Below are positions 19,816-29,377 of a DNA stretch of 64,000 bases, piece after piece. A program made the translations under genes and the position numbers. The notes beneath the pieces were generated by a model. That model made no database searches. It saw only the letters and a program-made list of their open reading frames with translations, and was not told the DNA's origin. Source of the stretch: an uncultured bacterium (GTDB lineage: Bacteria; Krumholzibacteriota; Krumholzibacteriia; Krumholzibacteriales; CAZTHK01); NCBI GenBank assembly GCA_964613215.1, contig CAZTHK010000002.1, forward strand, positions 149,685 to 213,684, read 5' to 3'. Position 1 is the first letter of the stretch, and every line of letters begins with the position of its first letter.

Positions 19816-22641
19816 ATGACCGAGAATTCCAGAATAGAGGAGATCAGAAGAAGTGAGCAGGGGCTCAGGGCCATCCTCAATTCCATAGGTGATGCCGTTA
19901 TAGCAACCGACCGGGAGGGCAGGATAACTCGTATTAATCCGGTGGCAGAGAAGATGACCGGGTGGAGTTTCCGGGAGGCTGAGGGTAGACCGCTGGAGGA
20001 TGTTTTCAGGATAGTAAACAGCCAGACCGGCGAGCCGGTGGTGAATCCGGTAAGGGATGTGATGGATAGCGGAAATATTACCGGACTGGGGAATGATACC
20101 ATATTGATCTCCAGGGACGGAAGCGAGTACCAGATTGCCGACAGCGCATCACCGGTGCTAAACAGGGAGGGTGTGATTACCGGTGCAGTAATGGTATTCC
20201 GGGATGTGACGGAGGATTACCGGATTCGAGAGGAACTGGAAGAAAACCGTCTCTTTATGAGCGGAATTCTGGATAATATCCGGGAGGGTATCAGTGTTCT
20301 GAACAGAGACCTGGCCATTCGTTATACCAACACCCTGATGGAAGAATGGTATAAGGATAATCTTCCCCTGACCGGAAAGAAATGTTACGCCGCCTATCAG
20401 GGGAGGGATAAACCTTGTGATCCATGTCCCATCCTTAGAAGTATGCAAACAGGCAAAACGGAATTCAATATTGTACCCGGGCTTCCAGGTTCTCCGGCGG
20501 AGTGGCTGGAGCTCTACAGCTATCCCTTCAAGGATCGAGAGTCCGGTGAAATAACAGGAGTTATAGAATTTGTCCGTGATATCACCCACAGAAAACGTGA
20601 GGAGGAGCGGGAAAGAAACCTGGACCGGATCAACCGGATAATACTTGGTGCTGAAAACCTGGAGGAGATGCTCGACCAGGTTCTAAAAGCCACCCTGGAT
20701 ATATTACAGTGCGACCGGGCATTCCTGCTGTTCCCCTGTGATCCCGGAGCAGCCACCTGGAAAGTCCCTGTCGAGCGGACCAGCCCGTCCTGGCCGGGTG
20801 CTGCGAAGGAAGGGGTGGAGATGCCTATGAATGAGGGAACCGGGAAAAGCATGGAAATCCTGCTGGATGCTGACGGACCTGTCTCTTTCGGACCCGGTTC
20901 CGCACACCGGGTGGATTCCTTCAGTGCCAGAGAGTATAGAGTCAAGTCGATACTGGCTGCGGCACTCTATCCCCGGGTGGGTAAAGCCTGGGGTTTCGGG
21001 TTGCACCAATGCTCTCATCCCAGGGTTTGGAAGGATCATGAGAAGCAGCTGTTCAAGGACATAAGCAGGCGTCTGGCCGATGGTCTCAGCAGCATGCTGC
21101 TCTTGAGGGATCTTCAGGCGAGTGAGAAGAAACTGAGAATAACTCTGGATTCGATAGGTGATGCGGTTATAGCCACTGATGCCGGATGCAGGGTGGTCAG
21201 AATGAATCCGGTGGCGGAAAAGTTGACCGGCTGGAAGAGAGAGGAAGCTACAGGCAAGCCGCTATCAGAGGTATTCGATATAGTAAACTCAAGAACCCGC
21301 CAGCCGCTGGAGAATCCCGGAGAGAAGGTACTGAGGGAGGGGAAGGTGGTGGGATTGGCAAACCACTCCATGTTGATATCCAGGGATGGCAATGAATATC
21401 AGATTGCCGACAGCGGTGCCCCCATACGTGACCGGGAGGGGGATATAAAGGGAGTGGTTATTGTCTTCAGTGATGTCACCGAAGAGTATATGATGCGGGA
21501 GGAACTTCATAAGGCACAAAGGCTGGAGTCGGTTGGTACCCTGGCGGGGGGAATCGCTCATGATTTCAACAACATCCTTCTGGAGCTGTTCGGTAACATC
21601 TCTCTGGCCGGATCGATGCTGACTCCGGACAGTGAAGCATACCGGTGCATAGCGGATGCAGAGGCATCCCTGGAGAGGGTGAAGAGCCTTACCAATCAGC
21701 TGCTTACCTTCAGCCGGGGAGGAGCACCGGTGAAGGAGGCGGTTTCAATTACCGAGCTTATCAGGGATACCGCCGGTTTCAACCTCTCCGGAAGCAAGGT
21801 CAAGCTCGATTTCAGGGCGGACCGTGAGCTGTGGCCTGCTGATGCGGACAGGGGCCAGGTCAGCAGGGTTATATCCAATCTGGTGGTTAACGCCAGGCAG
21901 GCAATGCCGGAGGGTGGAAATCTGCACATCAGGGCTGAAAATATTGAGATAGCAGAGGATGTATATCCCCTGCTGGAGGGGGGAAGGTATTTGAAAATAA
22001 CAGTCCGTGATGAAGGTATCGGAATCGCTCCCAGGCACCTGCCCAGGGTGTTCGATCCCTACTTCACCACCAAACAGAAGGGAAGTGGCCTTGGCCTGAC
22101 TGCTGTTCATTCCATCATTGCCAGGCACGGAGGCCATATCACTGTGGATTCAGAACCGGGGAAGGGAACCACCTTTGTAATTTACCTGCCTGCTGCCAGG
22201 CGGGAGGAGATAAAAGAGATTGAATCCGGAGCGGGGGTGGGTGAAGCGTCATCACACCGTATGAGTGGCAAGGTACTATTAATGGATGATGATGAGATGG
22301 TCAGGAATACGGCAGCTAAGATGATGAATAACATAGGCTTGGATGTGGAGAAGGCAAAAGAGGGAGAGAAGGCTGTAGAGATGTACCGGGAGGCGGTGGA
22401 TGCGGAAGAGCCATTCGATGCGGTGATAATGGATCTGACTGTGCCGGGTGGAATGGGGGGGAAGAAGGCGGTCAAGGAAATTCTGCAGATTGATCCTGAT
22501 GCCAGAGTGCTGGTTTCCAGTGGTTACTCCACCGATCCGGTTATGGCAAACTACCACCAATACGGATTCACCGGAGTGGTGGTAAAACCATATACTATGG
22601 ATGAGCTTGTGAATGCACTCTCCCGGGTGCTGGAAGAGTAA
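19816..22641 (+). CDS. Hybrid sensor histidine kinase/response regulator with two PAS domains and a GAF-like domain
   Basis: repeated PAS core IGDAVIATD..R(I/V)...NPVAEK.TGW; H-box GIAHDFNNIL; HATPase G-boxes (GSGLGL); C-terminal receiver (VLLMDDDE...VIMDLTVPGGMGG). Confidence 0.85.
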   Translation: MTENSRIEEIRRSEQGLRAILNSIGDAVIATDREGRITRINPVAEKMTGWSFREAEGRPLEDVFRIVNSQTGEPVVNPVRDVMDSGNITGLGNDTILISRDGSEYQIADSASPVLNREGVITGAVMVFRDVTEDYRIREELEENRLFMSGILDNIREGISVLNRDLAIRYTNTLMEEWYKDNLPLTGKKCYAAYQGRDKPCDPCPILRSMQTGKTEFNIVPGLPGSPAEWLELYSYPFKDRESGEITGVIEFVRDITHRKREEERERNLDRINRIILGAENLEEMLDQVLKATLDILQCDRAFLLFPCDPGAATWKVPVERTSPSWPGAAKEGVEMPMNEGTGKSMEILLDADGPVSFGPGSAHRVDSFSAREYRVKSILAAALYPRVGKAWGFGLHQCSHPRVWKDHEKQLFKDISRRLADGLSSMLLLRDLQASEKKLRITLDSIGDAVIATDAGCRVVRMNPVAEKLTGWKREEATGKPLSEVFDIVNSRTRQPLENPGEKVLREGKVVGLANHSMLISRDGNEYQIADSGAPIRDREGDIKGVVIVFSDVTEEYMMREELHKAQRLESVGTLAGGIAHDFNNILLELFGNISLAGSMLTPDSEAYRCIADAEASLERVKSLTNQLLTFSRGGAPVKEAVSITELIRDTAGFNLSGSKVKLDFRADRELWPADADRGQVSRVISNLVVNARQAMPEGGNLHIRAENIEIAEDVYPLLEGGRYLKITVRDEGIGIAPRHLPRVFDPYFTTKQKGSGLGLTAVHSIIARHGGHITVDSEPGKGTTFVIYLPAARREEIKEIESGAGVGEASSHRMSGKVLLMDDDEMVRNTAAKMMNNIGLDVEKAKEGEKAVEMYREAVDAEEPFDAVIMDLTVPGGMGGKKAVKEILQIDPDARVLVSSGYSTDPVMANYHQYGFTGVVVKPYTMDELVNALSRVLEE

Positions 22642-22726
22642 TTGGCGGCATTTCACTTTCATAATCAAATATAATGCTTTACCGGGCCGGAATATTTTTA
22701 GCGGGTAAATAAGATTACTATTCAGA

Positions 22727-22766
22727 AGGGGGATTGAGAGTGTTTCCGGTTGACCGTGGGATATAT
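22727..22766 (+). repeat. Degenerate 4th copy of the GAGTTCC-hairpin motif (GAGTGTTTCCGGTTGACCGTGGGATATATG)
   Basis: alignment to copy 3 (GAGTTCCACGGGTTTGGCCGTGGGTTATG). Confidence 0.3.
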
Positions 22767-23107
22767 GGAGAGGGTTCAGCAGGACAGGCAGATTTGGAAT
22801 CCTTATCCCGGAATGGATTCTTTTCACTGATTTAAACCACGAATACGGAAGGGCTGTTCCGGATGTTGCTGGCCTGTATTTTCTGCAGAGGACAGAAAAC
22901 CTCAGAAATCCTTAACAATTCTCACCGGTTTCTGTCAAAGGAAAGCAAGCAGGTTTATCTCTCTGCATAAGGCTCCGGCTGAGTTGGGGGATTTTTCTGG
23001 AACGCCAGCCAGAGTTATAATAGGATAAAGTCTGTTAGAAGGAGCTGCTGTAGCCGGAACGGGTGGGGAATTATGTTGTTTAATCTGCAGGGAGTATATT
23101 CAGGGAG

Positions 23108-25216
23108 ATGAATATGGCAGAGAGTTGGGAAAAAAACAGGGATCCCCTTCTGGAGCGCAGCCAGTATGTTAAGGGAGTAGGTCCGACCAGACAGGTTCTT
23201 CTGTCCAAACTGGGGATAGAGACGGTGGAAGACCTTCTGAGGCACTACCCCCGGGATTATTACGACCGGAGTGAATTTGTTCCGGTGGGCAAGATAAAAC
23301 CAGGCCAGACAGCTACGTTCTCAGCTACTGTGCTGGTGGTTTCAAGCAGGAAGATAGGACGCCGCAGGACCATACTTACCGTTGCGGTGGGGGATGAGAC
23401 GGGGGTGGTAAACCTGGTCTTTTTCAATCAGCCTTATCTGGAGAAGTATTTCAGCCAGGGTACCAGGATCATCGCCAGCGGAAAACTGACCCTGTTCAGG
23501 GGGGAAAAGCAGATTACCGCCCCCGAGTTCGAGATAGTAAGGGGCAGTTCCAGCGATTTTCCCCTGGATACAGGTAGAATTGTGCCGGTATATCCGCTTA
23601 CTGCCGGTATTTCACAGAGGATGATGAGAAAGATCATCAGATCTGCCCTGAACAAGGCTTCCGGGCATATCACTGAGAATCTGCCCTCCTCCCTGATCCG
23701 GAAGTACCATTTTCCGGAAAGAGTTGAGGCCTTCCGGCAGATACACTATCCCGACCATCACCGGAAGCTGGAGGAGGCGGTAAGGCGGCTGAAGTTCGAG
23801 GAGGTTTTCTTCCTGCATCTGCTATTGAAACTAAGGCGCCATAATGTGATAGAGAAGCGTCCCCGGCCGCCGTTTAAATTGCCTCACCCCCTGTTGGACA
23901 GGTTTCTGGATAATCTTCCCTTCTTATTTACTCCCGCCCAGGAGAAGGTACTGGGGGAGATAAAGGATGATATGCTGAATGGTTCCGGCCTCAACCGGCT
24001 GCTCCAGGGGGATGTCGGTTCGGGCAAGACTGTAGTGGGGATGGCAGCCATGATGCTGGCTGTGGACAATGGATTTCAGGCAGCCCTGATGGCCCCCACC
24101 GAAATACTGGCCCAGCAGCATTATCTCAAGGCGCTGGAGTACACTGAAGATATCCCTCTGAGGATAGAGCTTCACATCGGTTCCATCAGCAGGGGGGACA
24201 AGGAAGCCCTGAAGAAGGATATTAAGAGTGGTGAGGTTGATATAGTTATAGGTACTCATGCCCTTATTCAGGAGGATGTGGAGTTCAAGAGGCTGGGGTT
24301 CGCCATCGTGGATGAGCAGCACCGCTTCGGGGTGAAACAGAGAGCCAGCCTGGGAGACAGCAGGACTCTCCCCCACTTCCTGGTGATGACTGCTACCCCC
24401 ATACCCCGGAGCATGGCCCAGACTGTATACGGAGATCTGGATCTTTCGGTTATAGATCAGATGCCCAGCGGTGAGAGAAGAGTGGATACCGATTTGGTGG
24501 ATGAGAATGACAGGGATCGGGTTTATCTGAAACTCAAGCAGGAATTCGACAGGGAGAGGCAGGCGTTTATACTATATCCCCTTGTGGAAGAGAGTGAGAA
24601 GAGTGATCTCAGGGCGGCTACCGCAGGGTTCGAAAAGCTGCAGTCGGGGCCTTTCAGAAACTACCCTCTTGGTATCCTGCACGGCAGGATGAGTTTTGAG
24701 GAGAAGGCCAAGGCCATAGAGATGTTCCGGAAGGGGGAGATTCTGGGTCTGATAACTACTACAGTTATCGAAGTGGGGGTGGATGTTCCCAATGCCTCCG
24801 TGCTGGTGATAAACAATCCGGACAGATTCGGCCTGGCCCAGCTTCACCAGCTCCGGGGGAGGGTGGGCAGAAGTGGCGAGAAGGGTTACTGCTACATGAT
24901 CATAGAGGAGGGTATGGGAGGGAGTACCATGGAGAGGCTGCAGTTTTTTTCCCGCAATGGAGATGGATTTGCTGTGGCGGAGAAGGATCTTAAGATGAGA
25001 GGGCCGGGGGAGATCTGGGGGATAAGACAGTCCGGGTACCCATCCTTCAAACTTATTAATCCGTTGACGGATAAGGAAATGGTGGAGAGTAGCTGGAGGG
25101 AGAGTGAGAAGCTGGTAGCGGGCGATCCTGAACTGAAAAACAGGGAGAACAGGGTTGTTTCCAGATACTTTCGCCGCTATTATAAACCAAAGATGGAACT
25201 TGCAGAAATCGGTTAG
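23108..25216 (+). CDS. recG: ATP-dependent DNA helicase RecG
   Basis: Walker A GDVGSGKT, DEQH box (VDEQHRFG), wedge/helicase domain order. Confidence 0.9.
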   Translation: MNMAESWEKNRDPLLERSQYVKGVGPTRQVLLSKLGIETVEDLLRHYPRDYYDRSEFVPVGKIKPGQTATFSATVLVVSSRKIGRRRTILTVAVGDETGVVNLVFFNQPYLEKYFSQGTRIIASGKLTLFRGEKQITAPEFEIVRGSSSDFPLDTGRIVPVYPLTAGISQRMMRKIIRSALNKASGHITENLPSSLIRKYHFPERVEAFRQIHYPDHHRKLEEAVRRLKFEEVFFLHLLLKLRRHNVIEKRPRPPFKLPHPLLDRFLDNLPFLFTPAQEKVLGEIKDDMLNGSGLNRLLQGDVGSGKTVVGMAAMMLAVDNGFQAALMAPTEILAQQHYLKALEYTEDIPLRIELHIGSISRGDKEALKKDIKSGEVDIVIGTHALIQEDVEFKRLGFAIVDEQHRFGVKQRASLGDSRTLPHFLVMTATPIPRSMAQTVYGDLDLSVIDQMPSGERRVDTDLVDENDRDRVYLKLKQEFDRERQAFILYPLVEESEKSDLRAATAGFEKLQSGPFRNYPLGILHGRMSFEEKAKAIEMFRKGEILGLITTTVIEVGVDVPNASVLVINNPDRFGLAQLHQLRGRVGRSGEKGYCYMIIEEGMGGSTMERLQFFSRNGDGFAVAEKDLKMRGPGEIWGIRQSGYPSFKLINPLTDKEMVESSWRESEKLVAGDPELKNRENRVVSRYFRRYYKPKMELAEIG

Positions 25217-25248
25217 CTGGTGCTTTAATTAAACAGGGAGGTGGGACA

Positions 25249-25797
25249 TTGATTTCCAGGGAGGAAGCATGGGAAATGGTCAGGAACAATATTTCCCAGA
25301 AGAATTTGAGAAAGCATGTACTGGCGGTAGAAATAATAATGAGAAGGCTGGCCCGGGAATTCGACCGGGATGAGGAGAAGTGGGCCATGGCCGGACTGCT
25401 CCACGATCTCGATTATGAGAAGACCGCTGAAAATCCCAACAAGCACGGGTATCTTACTCTAGAGATGATCCAGGAGCTGGACGTGGATGATGATATCCGG
25501 CATGCCATCCTCGCTCATGTGGGGCATGTGGAGAGGAAGTCCATGATAGACAAGGCCATATACTGTGCCGATCCTGTGACTGGCTTGATTGTTGCATCAG
25601 CCTTAATGCACCCCACAAAGAGTCTGGCTGGAATGGATGCCGAATTTGTGGGTAGGCGCTTTGAGGAGAAGAGGTTCGCCGCGGGGGCGGACCGGAATGC
25701 CATTGCAACATGTAAGGAGCTGGGCCTGGATTTGCAAAAGTTTCTCGAGATTTCGCTGGAGGCCATGGAATCGATCTCCGGCAGGCTCGGTCTTTAG
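25249..25797 (+). CDS. HD-domain phosphohydrolase (small HD superfamily protein), TTG start
   Basis: H...HD motif (LLHDLDY), ~180 aa HD fold. Confidence 0.65.
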   Translation: MISREEAWEMVRNNISQKNLRKHVLAVEIIMRRLAREFDRDEEKWAMAGLLHDLDYEKTAENPNKHGYLTLEMIQELDVDDDIRHAILAHVGHVERKSMIDKAIYCADPVTGLIVASALMHPTKSLAGMDAEFVGRRFEEKRFAAGADRNAIATCKELGLDLQKFLEISLEAMESISGRLGL

Positions 25798-25831
25798 GTT
25801 ACCGGCTCGAAAGGATTAAAGGAGCAATTCT

Positions 25832-26410
25832 ATGATCATCACATGCGACGGATGCGAGACCAAGTATCTGCTTAGTGATGAAAAGGTCCCCACTGATGGG
25901 ATTCGTGTAAAATGCCCCAAATGCCGGTACGTGTGGAGGCTGAATCCGCCCACCCACGGAGTGGATTCCGATTTTGAGGTGTCAGGTTCCGGTTTTAGCG
26001 GTCAGGCCGCTGCGCCTGAACAGCCGGAGAGGGGATGGGCCTCCATGGGTGAGCAGAGTACGGTTGTCTCGGAGAAGCCGGAGCCTCCCATGATGGAGGA
26101 ACAGGTGGAAATCACGGAGGAGAAGCCGGAGGTTGCACCGGAGGAACCTGTTGATAACCCGGAGCTTCGGAAGAAGCGGGAGAGGGCACGGAGACAGGCG
26201 AGGGTTTTCGCCAGCGATATTCTCATCTATAACAGGGAAAAGCGGGACGGGGGTTTGGCCAACGGTGATCTTATGACTGCACTCGGCCCTGAGATAAAGA
26301 AGGCCTGGGAGGCCTACAAGGTAAAGGTCGGTCCCGAAATACCAGAAGCCAGTGATTATTTCCGTGAAGCTCTCAATGAAATTCTGGCTGACGGAGAGAA
26401 GATATTCTGA
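25832..26410 (+). CDS. MJ0042-type zinc-ribbon protein with acidic linker and conserved C-terminal domain
   Basis: N-terminal CDGC...CPKC zinc ribbon (MIITCDGCETKY...VKCPKCRYVW), Glu/Pro-rich linker. Confidence 0.6.
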   Translation: MIITCDGCETKYLLSDEKVPTDGIRVKCPKCRYVWRLNPPTHGVDSDFEVSGSGFSGQAAAPEQPERGWASMGEQSTVVSEKPEPPMMEEQVEITEEKPEVAPEEPVDNPELRKKRERARRQARVFASDILIYNREKRDGGLANGDLMTALGPEIKKAWEAYKVKVGPEIPEASDYFREALNEILADGEKIF

Positions 26411-26448
26411 AGCAGAGTGTAAAAAAGATATCTATCTATATCCTGAAC

Positions 26449-27255
26449 ATGTATCCCGAACTGCACCGGCAGTTCTTCGGGGAGGACAGTCTTCCCGGTG
26501 AGGTGGAGGTAAAGGAATACAAAACCTACCATTGGTTCATTAAGGCACTTAAAAAGCATGACCAGGGAGCCCCCGGTATCGTTCTGTTCCTGCCCGGTGA
26601 AGAGTTGGATCCCTCCCGGCTGAGGGAGATACGGCTGGTGGAGATGGAGGCTCCCATATACATCATTACCGAGGGTTTCAGTGAAAAGGATTACCTCACC
26701 TGCCTCTCCATGGGGGTAAGTGAGATAATCCAGCCCCCCTTCGTAAGTGGTGATTTCAAGAGAATAATGAACGGAAAGGCAGGGGAGGATATCCCCTTTC
26801 CCCGCAATGGTGACGTTATAAGAGAGGGTCATATCAGGCTCGATTTTCTGCTGCCCAGCAAACTATCCCGGATACTGGGAGTTAACCGTCTAATCTCATT
26901 TCTGGGCGCGGAATTCGGTTTTCCCCCGGAAGAATGCAGGGTTAACCTTCCCATGGTGATGGATGAAGTATTGAGCAATGCCATCCTGCACGGTAACAAG
27001 GGGGATGAGAGTCTTAAGGTAAGGGTGAGGATCTACATCAGTTCCAAGAGGATATTCATCCAGGTGGAGGATCAGGGAGAGGGATTCATTCCCGGACATA
27101 TAGATGACCCCACCCGGATGAAGAATATATACAGAAATTCGGGCAGGGGGGTTTTTCTGATAACCAGGCTTATGGATAAGGTAAGATTTCGAAATGATGG
27201 CAGGATGGTGGAGATAGAAAAGTTCAATACCCCCGCCGGCGGTAAAACAGGCTGA
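26449..27255 (+). CDS. Pseudo-receiver + HATPase_c (RsbW/SpoIIAB-like serine kinase / anti-sigma factor family)
   Basis: C-terminal GHKL ATPase motifs (NAILHGN...VEDQGEGF...GRGVFLITRL); N-terminal REC-like fold lacking obvious phospho-Asp. Confidence 0.55.
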   Translation: MYPELHRQFFGEDSLPGEVEVKEYKTYHWFIKALKKHDQGAPGIVLFLPGEELDPSRLREIRLVEMEAPIYIITEGFSEKDYLTCLSMGVSEIIQPPFVSGDFKRIMNGKAGEDIPFPRNGDVIREGHIRLDFLLPSKLSRILGVNRLISFLGAEFGFPPEECRVNLPMVMDEVLSNAILHGNKGDESLKVRVRIYISSKRIFIQVEDQGEGFIPGHIDDPTRMKNIYRNSGRGVFLITRLMDKVRFRNDGRMVEIEKFNTPAGGKTG

Positions 27256-27617
27256 AGCCTCTGCCGGATTTTATCCTTACGGGTGAACACTACTGTCCCA
27301 ACGTTTCTGAATCCAGGATTTCTGCATTGGTATCATTGAAGTTACAGTCCAATAAATCAACGATTCTGCTTCAAATCGATTATGAGCAATTTCTATTCAA
27401 TTAGCTTTATTTCAATAAATTGTGTGAATTAATATAATCCCGTTGGGACACTGGTGACTGGTGAATATTCCAATGGATCAGCGGCAGACGGTGGGATCTT
27501 CGAAGTGGAGTAATTTTCTGTGCCGGCAGTAATTATTACTGTCAGGCTGGAGTAATACCATGGGAGTTGAAGTCGTTGAGTTATTTTGGTAGATCCTGTG
27601 GGTAAGGGGGTTGGGGA

Positions 27618-28064
27618 TTAATTTCCCGATTCTCCCCACTTCTCCCTGGAAATCTTGTCCAGCAGGTTGTCTATCTGGCTTCTGATCTTCTCATTCTGAT
27701 CCGGTTCGAACAGAACCTTCTTTACCCTGCCCCGTTCGTCCCTCTTCACATACCGGAGAGCCTTGAGGTATTCCAGGGGCATCAGAATATCCTTGCTCAC
27801 CCTGCTCTCTATCAGCTTGCCGTCCAGGTTCTTATCCGGATTGTTATAGGGATGCATGCCCAGTCCCCATCCGTGGACGAACATGCTGCATATGATGGCT
27901 CTGAAGGTATTCTGACGCTGGATGGAGTCCAGTTCGAAGGTATCCTGGAACTTGTCCATCACCCCGTCTATAACCTTCTGGAGCTTGGTAAGAACTTCCT
28001 TCTTGGGTTCCATATTGAGGAGGCGGTGAAATACCTCCCTTAGTATCTTTTCGGTAATCTCCAT
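27618..28064 (-). CDS. Hypothetical protein (last gene of minus-strand lpxL-like/GT4/MFS operon)
   Basis: 148-aa ORF downstream of MFS gene, same strand, 23-nt gap. Confidence 0.45.
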   Translation of the reverse strand: MEITEKILREVFHRLLNMEPKKEVLTKLQKVIDGVMDKFQDTFELDSIQRQNTFRAIICSMFVHGWGLGMHPYNNPDKNLDGKLIESRVSKDILMPLEYLKALRYVKRDERGRVKKVLFEPDQNEKIRSQIDNLLDKISREKWGESGN

Positions 28065-28087
28065 ATTTACCTCCGGCGGTTGTTACT

Positions 28088-29377
28088 TTAGTCATACCGC
28101 TGCTTCATAAACGGTACCCAGAGTATACCTGTAAATGCAAGAAAGAGACCAAGGATGTAAAGGAGGGTGCTTTTATCTATAAATCCCGAAAGAGTGGTGA
28201 AGAGGAAGGCGGAAATTAGAAACAGGGTTCTGGTTGATATCTCCCTGAAGGAGAAAAGTACCGCTCTGGTGTGCTGATTCGATTTTTCCTGAAGCTGGGA
28301 TTCGGCCAGTATGAACAGGGGGGAGGCGGCCAGCCCTCCAAGCGCAGAGCCGGCGGCTATGGTGCCGTAATTGCCTCCGGCGGCGATCAGAGCGGAGGCG
28401 GGAGCGAACAGCAGGAAGAATAGGGAGTCGATCTTATCCAGAATGCGGGAACTGATATTATTGATCAGCAGTGAGCCCAGGCCCATACCCACTCCGGTGG
28501 ATATGCCGGCTACACTCAGACCCAGGGAGCTTCCCTCCGGCGATGCCTGTTTGATCAGCACCACTGACATCACCAGAAATCCTCCCGCACCGAAGAATAT
28601 CAGTGACTGAACCCCCAGGGGAAGGGCGATCAGGGGGGATTCCTTAATCTCCCGGAGGGCCGATTTGATGGCTTTGACCACGGTAAGCCCGGGGCGGGTG
28701 CTGTCCACGCCGCTATGGCCTGGGGAGCAGGGATTTTCTGCGTTCCTGGCCACCGCTATGAACATCAGCAGGAAGGCTGATATTATATAGGTGGCTCCAT
28801 CCAGATAGAAGCAGGTTTCCCAGGCCAGATAATCGAATATCAGTCCACCACCCAGAAATCCTCCGATCACTCCCACTATACCTGCAGCCCAGAGTATTGA
28901 ATTTATCTTGATCAGTTTGCCGGGCGGGACCAGCTCCGGAATCAGGCTGGATTTGGCAGGCAGGAAGAAAAGATTACCTGCAGATACCAGAAACACAATG
29001 AACATGACCGGGATCAGGCGGCCGGTATACATGAATGTGAGTGGTATCAGCATCACCAGCAGTCCTCTCAGCAGGTCGGTGATCACCAGTACCCACCTCT
29101 TGTCCATCCGGTCGATCAATGCTCCGGCAAAAGGTGCCAGGGTGAGGAAGGGGAGAAACATGGCCAGGAAGTTGACCGAAAGCATCATGCTGGGATTTTC
29201 GGCGAACCTGTTGATCAGGGCAACCAGGGAGAAGTTATTCAGCCGGTCTCCGAACAGGGTTATCGCCTGAGCCACCCAGAACATGGTGAGAAGATTCAGA
29301 GAGAAGTGGTATTTCTGCTGACTGCTGTATCTGTTCTGTTCACTGCTGTGATTCTTCTGTTCCCTGCTGCTATTCAT
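28088..29377 (-). CDS. MFS transporter (possibly LplT-like lysophospholipid transporter given operon context)
   Basis: 12 predicted TM helices, MFS-type loop motifs; ATGA-type overlap with upstream GT gene. Confidence 0.8.
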   Translation of the reverse strand: MNSSREQKNHSSEQNRYSSQQKYHFSLNLLTMFWVAQAITLFGDRLNNFSLVALINRFAENPSMMLSVNFLAMFLPFLTLAPFAGALIDRMDKRWVLVITDLLRGLLVMLIPLTFMYTGRLIPVMFIVFLVSAGNLFFLPAKSSLIPELVPPGKLIKINSILWAAGIVGVIGGFLGGGLIFDYLAWETCFYLDGATYIISAFLLMFIAVARNAENPCSPGHSGVDSTRPGLTVVKAIKSALREIKESPLIALPLGVQSLIFFGAGGFLVMSVVLIKQASPEGSSLGLSVAGISTGVGMGLGSLLINNISSRILDKIDSLFFLLFAPASALIAAGGNYGTIAAGSALGGLAASPLFILAESQLQEKSNQHTRAVLFSFREISTRTLFLISAFLFTTLSGFIDKSTLLYILGLFLAFTGILWVPFMKQRYD

